Shown piece by piece: positions 19,518 through 30,468 of a stretch of 64,000 nucleotides of DNA. Below the pieces are notes generated by a model that ran no database searches, was not told the origin of the DNA, and saw only the letters and a program-made list of their open reading frames with translations. The position numbers were made by a program, and so were the translations under genes. Numbering within the stretch: the first letter of the stretch is position 1; every line of letters starts with the position of its first letter. Source of the DNA: Gemmatimonadota bacterium (lineage in GTDB: Bacteria > Gemmatimonadota > Gemmatimonadetes > Gemmatimonadales > Gemmatimonadaceae); assembly GCA_040389905.1 (NCBI GenBank), contig JAZJZK010000007.1, positions 96,001 through 160,000 on the forward strand, given 5' to 3'.

Positions 19518-20195
19518 ATGAGCGACGAGCACCGTTTTTCCGACGACGAGGTGGCCAGGATTCTCGAGCGCGCGGCCGCGAGGGAGACAGACATTGCCTC
19601 CCGTGCGGCTGGCACTGGACTCACCCTTGCCGAGCTTCAGGCCGTCGCCGTGCAGGTCGGCATCGCGCCAGAACGCATCGCCGTCGCGGCGCGCGAGGTG
19701 GTCGCGCCGAACCTCACCGCGAAGTCCAGCACGTTCATGGGCGCGCCGACCTCCGTCGCCCGCACCGTGTACACCGAGCGCAGGATGAGCGACGACGAAT
19801 GGCTGCAGCTCGTAGTGTTGCTGCGCGAAACGTTCGACGCACCGGGCAATGTGTCGGCCGTCGGTCCACTCCGTTCGTGGACCAACGGCAACCTGCAGAT
19901 ACACGAGGAGCCGTGGGCTGACGGGTTTCGCATCCGCATGAGCACCCGCAACGACCTGGGCGTCGCGTCGGCACTCGGTGTGATCTTCGCCACGCTCGGG
20001 TCGGTGATGCTCCTCAAGGTCATCCCGAAGGCCAATCCCGCCGGCATCGCGATCGCCGGCCTCTTCATCGCAGGTGGCATCGGACAGATCATCTCCATCC
20101 GCCTCTCCATCGGCCGATGGGGGCGCACCCGCGCCGCGCAGATGGAAGCGCTCGCGGCGCAGATCACACGCTTGCTCGACTCGAGTCGAGACTAG
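19518..20195 (+). CDS. Hypothetical membrane protein
   Basis: RFSDDEVARILERAA..GLTLAEL N-terminus and two C-terminal TM segments. Confidence 0.75.
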   Translation: MSDEHRFSDDEVARILERAAARETDIASRAAGTGLTLAELQAVAVQVGIAPERIAVAAREVVAPNLTAKSSTFMGAPTSVARTVYTERRMSDDEWLQLVVLLRETFDAPGNVSAVGPLRSWTNGNLQIHEEPWADGFRIRMSTRNDLGVASALGVIFATLGSVMLLKVIPKANPAGIAIAGLFIAGGIGQIISIRLSIGRWGRTRAAQMEALAAQITRLLDSSRD

Positions 20196-20202
20196 ACGTT
20201 CA

Positions 20203-21867
20203 TTACTGGCCGCCGCCTCCGCGCCGCCCGGTGGGAATCGCAGGCATTGCGTCCGGAGCGAAGCGCGGCAGCATCTGCTCACGGTTCGCGAGGTGCAACA
20301 TCACGGATGCGGTGATCACCGCGTTGTGAATCACGTCCTCGGGCACGATGCGCTCGTATGTGTCGAGATTCGTGTGCCACGTGGTGCTGTTGTATTCGAT
20401 GTTGTCCTGCTGCGTCCCGATTCCCGGGAGGCCGGCCACGTTGAACGCACCATTGTCGCTCCCGCCTTCGACGCGAGCCGTGCTTGCCGATGCACCGTAG
20501 ATACCCCATTCCTCGAACGGCGTGAAGTACTGCGCCAGGATGCTCGCCGCCGCAGGTGGTCCGAAGATCGACGCACCGCGCACGCGCCCCGTGCCGTCAT
20601 CGATGTTCCAATAGGCGTTCAGCTTGCCGAAGTCCTTGGTTGGCTGCTCGGCACTTCCGAAGTGCTCCCTGACGTACGCTACGGAGCCGAGCTCTCCTTC
20701 TTCCTCGCCGCTCCAGAGTGCGACGCGAATCGTGCGTCGCGGCTTCGCGCCGGTCGCGAGGAGAATGCGGGCCGCCTCCATCATGATGGCGCATCCGATC
20801 GCGTTGTCCGTCGCGCCCGTCGCACTCGTCCATGAATCGAGATGCCCGCCGAGCATCACGATCTCGTCGGATTTGTCCGTGCCGGGGATCTCGGCGACGG
20901 TGATGTACGACGTCCTGCCATCGGGGAAGTATTCGTTCTGGACGTTGAACTCGACCGTCACCGGCGTTCCATCGGCGATGATGCGGAAGATCCGGCCGTA
21001 ATCATCGGTGCGAAGAATCACGGCGGGCGGTTGCGGCGTGGTGTCGTTGTAGATCTGCCCGGCGCCGTTCTGCGCCACGATGACGCCCGGAATTCGACCG
21101 CCACCCTGCGCGATGAGACGCAGCGCCGGCATGTTCTCCCGCAGAAACGCCGTGATGCGCTGGTTGACCTGCTGCGCACTGAGATGCCCCTCGGCGATCG
21201 GAGCCTGCGCGCCACGTCCTCCACCGAAGCCGCCGGGGCCGCCGCCTGCGCCGCGTCCGCCGCGACCCGCCGCGTTGGGATCGGGAGGACCATAGCGTGC
21301 GCGCACCTGTTCATCCGGCGTACGCTTCGGCCGCTCATTGAAGTTCACGGGAACGTTGGGCGGCACGCCAACCATCACGATGCCGCCCTTCACTTTCGCT
21401 GCGAGGGGCGCGAGGAAGGCGCTGAGTTCCGCTTCGGTTGGCGCATCGGGCGCGACGACACTGACGACCTGCCCGCTCACCGTGCCTTTCGTCGAGGGCG
21501 ACCACGGCACCGCTTCGAACTTGAGATTGGCCTTCACCGGCGACGTGATGTAGCCGCTCGCGCGGCCGGGCAGCCATCCCACACCGCGCCAGGTGAACGG
21601 TTCGAGGTGGGCGTTCTTCATTCCCCAACTCGTCATGGTCTTGATCGCCCAGTTCGCCGCGGCCACGTGGTTCGGCGAGCCGATCGGACGCGGGCCATAG
21701 ACGTCCGTCAGGTTGTGCTCGATCCACATCAGCTTCGACCGATCGATCCCCTCAGCGCGAATCCTGGTGTTCATTGCCGTGTCGATTGCCTCTGGCTGCT
21801 GCGCGCTGCCAGCGGTGGCCAACGCCATGATCAATGAGGGAACGATAAAGGGGGAACGGAACGGCAT
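20203..21867 (-). CDS. Secreted M28-family metallopeptidase
   Basis: GGHLDSW, GATDNAIG, WSGEEEG, SDN, WHTNLD; AAGGAG RBS. Confidence 0.9.
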   Translation of the reverse strand: MPFRSPFIVPSLIMALATAGSAQQPEAIDTAMNTRIRAEGIDRSKLMWIEHNLTDVYGPRPIGSPNHVAAANWAIKTMTSWGMKNAHLEPFTWRGVGWLPGRASGYITSPVKANLKFEAVPWSPSTKGTVSGQVVSVVAPDAPTEAELSAFLAPLAAKVKGGIVMVGVPPNVPVNFNERPKRTPDEQVRARYGPPDPNAAGRGGRGAGGGPGGFGGGRGAQAPIAEGHLSAQQVNQRITAFLRENMPALRLIAQGGGRIPGVIVAQNGAGQIYNDTTPQPPAVILRTDDYGRIFRIIADGTPVTVEFNVQNEYFPDGRTSYITVAEIPGTDKSDEIVMLGGHLDSWTSATGATDNAIGCAIMMEAARILLATGAKPRRTIRVALWSGEEEGELGSVAYVREHFGSAEQPTKDFGKLNAYWNIDDGTGRVRGASIFGPPAAASILAQYFTPFEEWGIYGASASTARVEGGSDNGAFNVAGLPGIGTQQDNIEYNSTTWHTNLDTYERIVPEDVIHNAVITASVMLHLANREQMLPRFAPDAMPAIPTGRRGGGGQ

Positions 21868-22061
21868 GTTGAAACTCCTTTGGGACATGTGTAAGCGGAC
21901 AAGCATACTACGGTTTCCCTCCGATCCTCGCTGGATATCTCCCTTCGCCGCGGTTGGGGTCGGAGTCGTTGAAACGACTCGCGTGCAACTCGGGGCGAGC
22001 GGAGCGCGTAGGAACAGGATCATCATCTGGTCCGCTCCGCTGGTAACTCCTACATTGCCCG

Positions 22062-22805
22062 ATGCTCGAAATCCGTAATCTCCGGAAGACGTTCGGCACC
22101 CTCGTCGCAGTCGATGACGTCTCCTTCACCGTTCGCCGCGGAGAACTTGTCGGCCTCCTCGGTCCCAACGGCGCCGGCAAGACCACGACCGTCTCGATGA
22201 TCGCCGGCCTCCTTACGCCATCGCGCGGCGACGTCCTCATCGATGGGAGGCCACTCGCCGGCGACACCGATCCCGCGAAGCGGCGCATCGGACTCGTCCC
22301 GCAAGACCTCGCCCTCTACGATGAGCTCAGCGCGCGCGAGAACCTGCGCTTCTTCGGCTCGCTCTACGATTTACAGGGCACGGCACTCGACGACGCGATG
22401 CACGCCGCCCTCACCCTCGTCGGGCTCGCGGACCGCGTCGGCGATAAGGTGAAAAACTTCAGTGGCGGCATGAAGCGGCGCCTCAACCTCGCGGCGGGCC
22501 TTCTGCACGATCCTGACATCCTCCTTCTCGACGAACCTACGGTCGGCGTCGACCCGCAGAGCCGGAATGCGATCTTCGAGAATCTCGAAACCCTCCGAGG
22601 GCGCGGCAAGGCGCTGCTCTACACCACGCATTACATGGAGGAAGTCGAACGTCTTGCCGACCGCATCGTGGTCATCGACCACGGACGCGTCCTCGCCGAC
22701 GACACGCTCGCGGGCCTCAAGGCGCGCGGCACCGAGGTCGACGGCAAGCCCGCATCGCTCGAGTCGGTGTTTCTCTCCCTCACCGGTCGGAGCCTCCGCG
22801 ACTGA
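22062..22805 (+). CDS. ABC transporter ATP-binding protein
   Basis: GPNGAGKT, FSGGMKRR, LLLDEPT. Confidence 0.95.
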   Translation: MLEIRNLRKTFGTLVAVDDVSFTVRRGELVGLLGPNGAGKTTTVSMIAGLLTPSRGDVLIDGRPLAGDTDPAKRRIGLVPQDLALYDELSARENLRFFGSLYDLQGTALDDAMHAALTLVGLADRVGDKVKNFSGGMKRRLNLAAGLLHDPDILLLDEPTVGVDPQSRNAIFENLETLRGRGKALLYTTHYMEEVERLADRIVVIDHGRVLADDTLAGLKARGTEVDGKPASLESVFLSLTGRSLRD

Positions 22806-24100
22806 TGCGATTCGGCCCCTTACGCGCCATGGTCCGCAAGGATCTCCTCCTCTTCTTCAGCGATCGCCGCTCCGTCATTGTGGCGTTCGTGGTGCCGATC
22901 GCGATTGCGTCGTTCTTCGGCTCTATTTTCTCCGGTACCAGCACGAGTGAGCCGGCGCGCATCAAGATCGCGGTCGTCGATCGCGACAGCAGCGTGATCT
23001 CACGCGGCATACTCGCGAGTGTGCAGGCCGACCGCACGCTCGCCATTACGCAGCCAACCGAGGAAGCTGCACGCGACGAGGTGAAGGGCGGCAAGACAAG
23101 CGTCGCAGTGATCATCCCGAAGGACTTCGGCAACGCGTCGGGAAAGGCATTCCTCGGCATTGGCCCGCATCCCACGCTGGAGTTGCTGTTCGATCCCTCG
23201 CGCCGCACGGAGCTCGCGATGGTCCGCGGAATTCTTTCCGGCCATGTGATCGAGGCGGTGAGCCGCGAGATGTTCGGCGGCGCACAGGGCAGGGCGCTCA
23301 TCGACGCGAGCGTCTCCGGCGCACAACAAGCGCCCGGCGGCGCCGGACAATCAGCGGCGCTCGTGCAGATGCTGCGCGCGGTCCAGGGGTACTACAACAT
23401 GCAGCCCGATTCCGGTGCCGCCGCGTCGCCTGCGCCGTCTGGGTTGGTCATGCCCTACGCTATCCGCGAGGAAGCCGTCACCTCGGGCGCGAACGTCAAG
23501 TACAACGGGTACGCACATTCCTTCGGCGGCATGGCGGTGCAGTTCCTGCTGTTCGCGATGGCGAACCTCGGCATCGACATGCTGCTCGAGCGCCAGCGTG
23601 GCCTGTGGATGCGCTTGCGCAGCGCACCCCTCGCGCGGAACACGCTGCTTGCGGGCAAGGCGCTGAGCGGGACGATCATCTCGCTCATGACGCTCTGGGT
23701 CTCGTTCGCATTCGCGATGATCGTGTTCCGCGTTCGCATCGAGGGCAGCATCCTCGGCTTCGTCGCCATCTCGATCTCCTGCGCCATCATGGCGGCCACA
23801 TTCGGTCTCCTCGTCGCCGCGCTGGGCAAGACGCCGGCAACGGCGCGCGGCGTCACCACCCTTGCGGTGCTCATGATGGTGATGCTCGGCGGCGCGTGGG
23901 TGCCCACCTTTGTGTTCCCGGCATGGCTTCAGCAGGCGACGAAAGTCGTGCCGGTTCGCTGGGCGGTGGATGGTTTCGACTCGATGACCTGGCGTGGCCT
24001 CGGCCTTCGCGATGCACTTCCTCCCACCGCGGTGCTGCTCGGTTTCGCGCTGGTCTTTGGACTGATCGCCGCGAACCGATTTCGGTGGGAAGAGTCCTGA
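22805..24100 (+). CDS. ABC-2 type permease
   Basis: N-terminal TM, large periplasmic loop, multiple C-terminal TMs; coupled to the ATPase gene. Confidence 0.9.
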   Translation: MRFGPLRAMVRKDLLLFFSDRRSVIVAFVVPIAIASFFGSIFSGTSTSEPARIKIAVVDRDSSVISRGILASVQADRTLAITQPTEEAARDEVKGGKTSVAVIIPKDFGNASGKAFLGIGPHPTLELLFDPSRRTELAMVRGILSGHVIEAVSREMFGGAQGRALIDASVSGAQQAPGGAGQSAALVQMLRAVQGYYNMQPDSGAAASPAPSGLVMPYAIREEAVTSGANVKYNGYAHSFGGMAVQFLLFAMANLGIDMLLERQRGLWMRLRSAPLARNTLLAGKALSGTIISLMTLWVSFAFAMIVFRVRIEGSILGFVAISISCAIMAATFGLLVAALGKTPATARGVTTLAVLMMVMLGGAWVPTFVFPAWLQQATKVVPVRWAVDGFDSMTWRGLGLRDALPPTAVLLGFALVFGLIAANRFRWEES

Positions 24101-24105
24101 CGAAC

Positions 24106-24579
24106 ATGACGCGAATCAGAGCATCGACGATGACGCTCGTCGTTTCGGCATGCGTCCTTGCGACGAACAGTGCCGCCGCGCAGGCAACCGACAGCGCCGT
24201 CGTACTCGGCGTCGTCCAGAAGCTCTTTGACGGCATGCGAACGAAGGACACTGCGTTATTGCGAGCGGTCCTCATACCGGGCACGCAGTTTGTGTCCATG
24301 CGCGGGGGCAGGTCTATTCGTCGCCAGTCCGACTCGAGCTTCCTCGCATCGATCGGCAGCGGCAAGGAAGTGCTCGAGGAGCGGATGTGGAAACCCACCA
24401 TGTTCATTTCGCGTGACCTCGCGCACGTCACGGCGCCGTACGACTTTTACATCGACGGACGCTTTTCGCACTGCGGCGACGACTCGTTCACGCTGCTGCG
24501 CACCGAGACGGGTTGGAAGGTCGTCGGGCTGACGTACACGGTCGTCACGGCGGAATGCCCGCCGGCGCCCCCGCGATAG
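24106..24579 (+). CDS. Secreted NTF2-like protein
   Basis: Signal peptide; APYDFYIDGRFSHCGDDSFTL...GWK. Confidence 0.8.
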   Translation: MTRIRASTMTLVVSACVLATNSAAAQATDSAVVLGVVQKLFDGMRTKDTALLRAVLIPGTQFVSMRGGRSIRRQSDSSFLASIGSGKEVLEERMWKPTMFISRDLAHVTAPYDFYIDGRFSHCGDDSFTLLRTETGWKVVGLTYTVVTAECPPAPPR

Positions 24580-24701
24580 CATCGCGCCGCCCCACCAACG
24601 GTTCTCGCCGTTGGCGTGCATTCATAGTGGAACCAGCGGGGAACCTGCGTCACGCGTGTCATAGACGCACGATGTTCCTCGTCACCAGCACTCCACGAAC
24701 C

Positions 24702-25817
24702 ATGAATCGACACATTCGCGCGGCGTCGGTCGGTGCCGCATTGCTGTCTCTCGCCTGCGCGCGAGGGTCGCAGAACGCCGAGCCGAGCGCCGCGGCCCTC
24801 GCGGCGATCAACGCGACGCCGCGCGTCGTGCGCAGCGAGAGCACGTGGGTCACGCGAGGCGCCGGCTACGAACTGGTCGGGCACTCGAAGTCCGACCTGG
24901 CCATGCTCCAGCCGCAACTCGAGCAGCAGGCCGCCGTTTTCAAGAAGATCTTTCCGCTCGACACGCTCCCGCGAGTCATCGTGACGGCGCGGCGCTTCCT
25001 GCCCGAGGGCCGAGGCTTCGCACCGGCGGTTGCGTTGCCGGCGGATCTTCCCGGGCGAGTCGTCGAGATCATGATCGGCGACCCTCCCGTGGAAGCCGAA
25101 CAGGGCCGCGGGCGCGGCGGAAGAATGGGCGGCGGGCCTGGCGGGCCTGGAGCCTTTGCACCGCGCGAACGCTTGATCCCTGTCGTCGACGCGTGGCTGG
25201 CCGCACACGCGTCTGCGTTGACGCACAAGGCGGACGCTGCATCCATGAGTTCAGCTGTTGACTCGCGCGTCCCGGGTTGGGCCGCGGAAGCCATCGCCAC
25301 GCTCGTGACGGATAGCCTTGTGGGACGGATGGCGCGTGTAGTGATCGCACATCCCGATGCCATCATCGAGCTGCCGCGCTTTCTGACGATGGACCGGCCC
25401 GCGTCGCTGGGGATGGGTGAGGGAATGGGCGGGCGGGGCGATGGACCTCCTCCGGGCATGTCCGGCGGAATGGGTGGCGGTGGAGGGCGTGGCGGTGGTG
25501 GGATGAGCGGGCGTGGTGGTGGTGGCGGTCGCGGAGGCGGCGGTGGTGGACGCGGTGGCGGTGGCGGTGGCGGCGGGCGCGAGGGTGGCGCCGCGCCAGC
25601 CCTTCAGGGCGGAGCGCTCTTCAATGCACAAGCGATGCTGTTCGCCAGGTATCTGTCCGTTCGCGAAGGCGATGACCTGATTGCTGCCATCATCGACGCA
25701 CAGATCCAGTCGCAACCACTGAGCGATGTACTCGGCAAACGCCATCTGCTCACGCTCGCGAAAGTGGATGCTGATTGGCGCGGATGGATGGTCGATCGCG
25801 CCGAGCGCGGTCGATAG
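24702..25817 (+). CDS. Hypothetical lipoprotein with Gly/Arg-rich inserts
   Basis: LSLAC lipobox; GGGRGGG tracts. Confidence 0.7.
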   Translation: MNRHIRAASVGAALLSLACARGSQNAEPSAAALAAINATPRVVRSESTWVTRGAGYELVGHSKSDLAMLQPQLEQQAAVFKKIFPLDTLPRVIVTARRFLPEGRGFAPAVALPADLPGRVVEIMIGDPPVEAEQGRGRGGRMGGGPGGPGAFAPRERLIPVVDAWLAAHASALTHKADAASMSSAVDSRVPGWAAEAIATLVTDSLVGRMARVVIAHPDAIIELPRFLTMDRPASLGMGEGMGGRGDGPPPGMSGGMGGGGGRGGGGMSGRGGGGGRGGGGGGRGGGGGGGGREGGAAPALQGGALFNAQAMLFARYLSVREGDDLIAAIIDAQIQSQPLSDVLGKRHLLTLAKVDADWRGWMVDRAERGR

Positions 25818-25888
25818 CGGGCGCCTCGGCGCTCACGACGTCTTGTGTATCAGTTCAAGCTTCTGGTTCTCACTACTTCAGTGACATC

Positions 25889-26575
25889 ATGACGATCAGG
25901 CTCATCGCAACAGTCATCATTGCTGCGTCCAGCATTGCAACGGTCGCCTATGCGCGGTCCTCCGACGCCGCCACGGCATCGAACGCCCACAGCGTCGTTG
26001 GAACGAGCATGGCGGCCGGAGCGATTCGCTTCTCTGTGGCGCCCACGGGCAACGCGGCACGCTATCGCGTTCGCGAGCAACTCATGGGGAAGGATTTCCC
26101 GAACGACGCCATCGGGGAGACATCGCAGATCACCGGCGCCATCGTCGTTGACAGCACCAGCGGAGCGCTCGTCAGTGCGCAGTCGAAGTTTGTCGTCAAC
26201 ACGGGGGCCTTGAAGAGCGACAGCGATCGCCGCGACGGTTATGTGCGCGGTCGGGTTCTCGAGGTGGAGAAGTTTCCCACCGTCGAGCTGGTCCCGACGG
26301 CTTTCAAGGGCATCACGGCAGCGGCCGTGAATGGAGCAGGGCCTGTCACGTTCGACGTCATCGGCAATCTCACCGTCCGCGGCGTCACACGCCCGACAAC
26401 ATGGCGTGTGACCGCTCGGCAGGCGGGCGGACGCGTCACCGGCACTGCGGCGACGAAATTCACCTTCGCGGATTTCAGCATCAATCCGCCACGCGTGCCG
26501 ATTCTCCTCAGCGTGGCGGACACCATCGCGCTGGAGTACGATTTCACGCTCACACGGGATGGCGTGGTTCGCTGA
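25889..26575 (+). CDS. YceI-family protein
   Basis: ARYRVREQL, LKSDSDRRD, GNLTVRGVTRP. Confidence 0.85.
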   Translation: MTIRLIATVIIAASSIATVAYARSSDAATASNAHSVVGTSMAAGAIRFSVAPTGNAARYRVREQLMGKDFPNDAIGETSQITGAIVVDSTSGALVSAQSKFVVNTGALKSDSDRRDGYVRGRVLEVEKFPTVELVPTAFKGITAAAVNGAGPVTFDVIGNLTVRGVTRPTTWRVTARQAGGRVTGTAATKFTFADFSINPPRVPILLSVADTIALEYDFTLTRDGVVR

Positions 26576-26585
26576 CCCCTTCGGA

Positions 26586-26745
26586 GCCTGAGCTCGAGCT
26601 GGAACGTGAGCTGTGAGCAGGAGCGGGAGCGTGAGCGTCAGCCTTGAGCAATGAGCAGCTCAGAGCTTGAGCTTGAGCTTGAGCTTGAGCTTGAGCTTGA
26701 GCTTGAGCTACAAGCTCGAGCTGCAAGCTCTTGCTTGCTCGAGGC
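26586..26745. repeat. (GAGCTT)n tandem hexamer within a TGAGC-rich tract
   Basis: gagcttgagcttgagctt... perfect run at ~26663-26709. Confidence 0.85.
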
Positions 26746-26909
26746 TGGAAGGGCACGCTCCTGCTCAATCGGGCCCTCGCAATGAGTCGTACGGCGCGTC
26801 ATGTTACCTGACGGAGGGCTGGACCGCCCGATGCCTACCTCATGCAACCGCCGCCCGAACGACGCACGTTTCCAGGCTTGGCGCGACTGATGCCCTCGGT
26901 CGCAGCAGG

Positions 26910-28865
26910 ATGAGCACGTCCGACGACGCACGCGCCGAGCGCGAAGCGCACGACGTCCAGCAGGCGCTGTTCGACACCGCGCTCGATTGCTTCATCACCA
27001 TGGATGCCGACGGCTGCGTGCTCTCGTTCAATCGCGCCGCCGAGGAGACTTTCGGGTACACACGCGACGAGGCCGTGGGGAAGGCGCTCGTTGACCTGAT
27101 CGTGCCGGCAGAACTCAGCGACGCTCACCGGCATGGGCTCGCCCGGTACGTCAGCACAGGGAAGTCCAACATCCTCGGCCGGCGCCTCGACATGCGCGCA
27201 CGGAAAAAGGACGGCACCGAGTTCCCGGTAGAGATGGCCATCGTGCAGATCTCCGCCGATGGACCACTCATCTTCGCCGGAACCCTCCGCGATATCAGTG
27301 CGCGCCTGGCCACAGAGGAGGCGCTTCGCGCCAGTGAAGAGCGCTACCGCTTCGTGTCACTCGCCACCGACAGCGTGGTCTGGGATTGGGACATCACCAC
27401 GGGCACACTCGCGTGGAACGATGCGGTTGCGACCGTGTTCGGCTACGAACCGAGCGACATCCAGAATACCTTCGCGTGGTGGAACGAACGAATCCATCCC
27501 GACGACGCACGCCGAATACAGGACAGCGTCCACGAGGTCATTGACGGCACGGGCACGACGTGGCAGGAGCAATATCGCTTCCGTCGCGGCGACGGCCGCT
27601 ATGCACCCGTCCTCGATCGCGGGTACGTGGCCAGGAATGCCGCCGGCGAGCCCGTGCGCATGATTGGCGCGATGGCCGACCTCACCCAGCAGCACCAGCT
27701 GGAAGAGCGACTGCGCCAATCGCAGAAGATGGAAGCCGTTGGCCAGCTCGCTGGTGGCATCGCGCACGACATGAACAACCTGCTGGCCGCCATCATGGGC
27801 AACCTCGAATTCGTCAACGAGGATTTGCCCGGCGATCATCCGGTGCGCCCGGATCTGGATGAGGTCAATCACGCCGTGTCGCGCGCGCGTGCCCTGGTAC
27901 AGCAACTCCTCACCTTCAGCCGCAAGCAGCCGATCCAACCGCAGCGCCTGCGACTCGGCGAGATCGTGACGAAGGCCGAGAAGTTGCTGCGACGCCTCAT
28001 CGGTGAGGAGATCCATCTCCACGTCGAACTCTCTGCGCACGACGACGCTGTGTTTGCAGATCCGGGCCAGCTCGAGCAGGTGTTGCTCAACCTCGCCGTC
28101 AATGCGCGTGACGCGATGCTCACGCCACTGCACGGGCATCCGGGCAAGGGCGGTTCTCTCGAGATCGAAGTGAGTGAAACGGTACTCGCGGAGGCGGGCG
28201 CACGCGGATGGGCCGACCTCGAGGCAGGCGCATACGTTCGGCTGTTCGTGCGTGATACCGGACATGGGATGGATCCCACGACGCGATCGCGCATCTTCGA
28301 GCCGTTCTTCACCACCAAGGAGGTCGGATCCGGGACAGGACTTGGGCTCGCCACTGTCTTCGGCATCGTGCAGCAGTGCGGCGGTGGCATCGTGGTCGAC
28401 AGCGTGAAGGGACGCGGTACGACCTTCACGATATTGCTCCCCCGCGCCGCCACCGAGGAGGATGTCGAGACCGTAACACAGCACGCACTGACGCCGTCCT
28501 CCCGTGGTCGCGTCCTGCTCGTCGAGGATGAAACGCCGGTGCGAGTGACACTGGCGCGGACCCTCACGCGCCGCGGATTCGATGTCGTCGAGGCGCGGCA
28601 TGGCGCCGACGCCCTGCGGTTATGGAATGTGCATCGCAACGAAATCAGTGTCGTCGTCACAGACCTGCGGATGCCTGAGATGGGCGGGCGGGAGCTCGTC
28701 ACGCTCCTTCATGAGGAAGATCCGATCTTGCCCGTCGTCTACGTTTCCGGGTACAGCGAAAGCACGAACTCCCTCGCGCTCGAGGAGCACGAGACGTTTC
28801 TTGAGAAGCCATTCACGGCGGACGCATTGCTCGCTGCGCTCGACCGAGTGTTGCCTCCGGCCTGA
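26910..28865 (+). CDS. PAS-PAS hybrid sensor histidine kinase with receiver domain
   Basis: [10 protein letters not shown]-box, [28 protein letters not shown] receiver. Confidence 0.95.
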   Translation: MSTSDDARAEREAHDVQQALFDTALDCFITMDADGCVLSFNRAAEETFGYTRDEAVGKALVDLIVPAELSDAHRHGLARYVSTGKSNILGRRLDMRARKKDGTEFPVEMAIVQISADGPLIFAGTLRDISARLATEEALRASEERYRFVSLATDSVVWDWDITTGTLAWNDAVATVFGYEPSDIQNTFAWWNERIHPDDARRIQDSVHEVIDGTGTTWQEQYRFRRGDGRYAPVLDRGYVARNAAGEPVRMIGAMADLTQQHQLEERLRQSQKMEAVGQLAGGIAHDMNNLLAAIMGNLEFVNEDLPGDHPVRPDLDEVNHAVSRARALVQQLLTFSRKQPIQPQRLRLGEIVTKAEKLLRRLIGEEIHLHVELSAHDDAVFADPGQLEQVLLNLAVNARDAMLTPLHGHPGKGGSLEIEVSETVLAEAGARGWADLEAGAYVRLFVRDTGHGMDPTTRSRIFEPFFTTKEVGSGTGLGLATVFGIVQQCGGGIVVDSVKGRGTTFTILLPRAATEEDVETVTQHALTPSSRGRVLLVEDETPVRVTLARTLTRRGFDVVEARHGADALRLWNVHRNEISVVVTDLRMPEMGGRELVTLLHEEDPILPVVYVSGYSESTNSLALEEHETFLEKPFTADALLAALDRVLPPA

Positions 28866-28902
28866 TCCTGCGCTCACGCGAATTCCTTCTAGCCTGCTCA
28901 CG

Positions 28903-29685
28903 TTGCGACTCTGGACCTTGCACCCAAAACATCTCGACGCGCGCGGCCTCGTCGCGCTGTGGCGCGAAGCACTGCTCGCGCAGGCCGTCCTCCTTGGACG
29001 TACGCGCGGGTACACGCGACATCCACAGCTCACGCGCTTCCTCGCGTCGCCGAATCCCGTGGCGGCCATCGGCAGCTATCTGGATGCGGTGCACGACGAA
29101 TCGATGGCGCGGGGCTACGAGTTCGATCATGCGCGCATCGTGCCGCATGAGCCGGCGGAGCGCATCAATGAAACGCGCGGGCAACTCGAATACGAATGGG
29201 ATCACCTGCGGGCCAAGTTGACGCTGCGCAGCCCACAGTGGTTCAACGAACACTGTGCGCGGACCCAACCGGTGGCGCACCCGTTATTTCGGATGCGAAG
29301 CGGCGGCGTCCGCGCCTGGGAGCGGGCCGTCGCCGTCGCGGCAATCGCCTTCCTGGTCACTGCGTGCGGAGGCGCGAACAGCGTGACCGCGCCGCCCACG
29401 ACGCCGACGCCACCGTTCCTCGTTCGGGCAACGGCTGGTGACGGCAGCGCGTCTGTCTCATTTACCGAACCATTGCTGAGCGGCGCGTCGGCCATCACGG
29501 GGTATACCGCGTCCTGCGTCGCGATGGGCGTCGTGAAGACTGGCACGGCTCCCTCGAGCCCGGTTACCGTGGCCGGTCTCACGAACGGAATCACCTATGT
29601 CTGCTCTGTGACGGCGACTAACACTCAGGGCATGAGCGTCGCGTCCGAGGGCGTTACCGTGACGCCCGTTGCCAAGCTTCCCTGA
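28903..29685 (+). CDS. Pyrimidine-dimer DNA glycosylase (T4 endonuclease V-like) in frame with a lipobox and fibronectin-III domain
   Basis: (M)RLWTLHPKHLDARGLVALWREALLAQAVL..GY..HPQL family motif; then AIAFLVTAC and TVAGLTNGITYVCSVTATN. Confidence 0.8.
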   Translation: MRLWTLHPKHLDARGLVALWREALLAQAVLLGRTRGYTRHPQLTRFLASPNPVAAIGSYLDAVHDESMARGYEFDHARIVPHEPAERINETRGQLEYEWDHLRAKLTLRSPQWFNEHCARTQPVAHPLFRMRSGGVRAWERAVAVAAIAFLVTACGGANSVTAPPTTPTPPFLVRATAGDGSASVSFTEPLLSGASAITGYTASCVAMGVVKTGTAPSSPVTVAGLTNGITYVCSVTATNTQGMSVASEGVTVTPVAKLP

Positions 29686-29713
29686 GTGAAGCGAAGGGCC
29701 CAAACCGACGTTG

Positions 29714-30256
29714 TTATCGTTTGCTCGACGGCGGCACCATGCCGTTGATGCGCATGTAGGTGATGATGTTGCCGTAGTGTTCGGCGTCGTGCGTGGCGTT
29801 CATCATCAGCGCATAGAGGCGCGTGTGTTGCTCGCCGAATACGTCGACATTCGCCGAGACGGACGCATCGCTCTGCGCATAGGCGCGCTCGCAATTCTGG
29901 TTCGACTGCTTCATCGCGGCGATCAGGTCAGCCTTGCTCTTGGCACTCACTGCATCTTCCGGCGGCGCTTTCTCGCCGAGTGCCATCGCACAGAACATGG
30001 ACTGCGCTCCGGCGACGTGCGCGATCAGTTCGCCGAATGAACGCACTTCTGGCGTCGGCTTGAACGCGTACTTGGCTTCAGGCACATCCACGGCGGATTG
30101 GAGGACGTAGCCGCTCATCGTCCGCCAGTGACTGCGGATATCGGCAACGGCCGAGCCGGCTTTGGTCGCCATTGTCTTGGTCGTAGCGGGCGTGGCGGTC
30201 TGTGCGACGACCGGTGCGGCGGCGATTGTGAGGAGGAGGAGGGCAGTTGTACGCAT
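29714..30256 (-). CDS. Secreted DinB-family protein
   Basis: FKPTPEVRSFGELIAHV, HDAEHYGNIITYMR. Confidence 0.85.
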   Translation of the reverse strand: MRTTALLLLTIAAAPVVAQTATPATTKTMATKAGSAVADIRSHWRTMSGYVLQSAVDVPEAKYAFKPTPEVRSFGELIAHVAGAQSMFCAMALGEKAPPEDAVSAKSKADLIAAMKQSNQNCERAYAQSDASVSANVDVFGEQHTRLYALMMNATHDAEHYGNIITYMRINGMVPPSSKR

Positions 30257-30468
30257 TGTCGGTCGGGTAGAGTGGTGGGTTGGGAAAACTCGCCAGTGCG
30301 GCCCGGAACGGCAACACGCCGCTGCCAACTGCAAGCGAATATCAAGCGCAGATGTCCCAGAGGACCCCGTCCTTCTCTGTGTCCTCTGTGTCCTCTGTGG
30401 TTAGGGTGTTTTGTTCCGCATCCCGACACCGCATTTGACGCGAACGAATTGCCGAGTACTATCGAGGG

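Noticed and set aside
26667..26909. N-terminal SLSLSL extension of the PAS kinase as a phase-variable tract
   Set aside because: The hexamer repeat keeps frame and lies upstream of the probable start at 26910.
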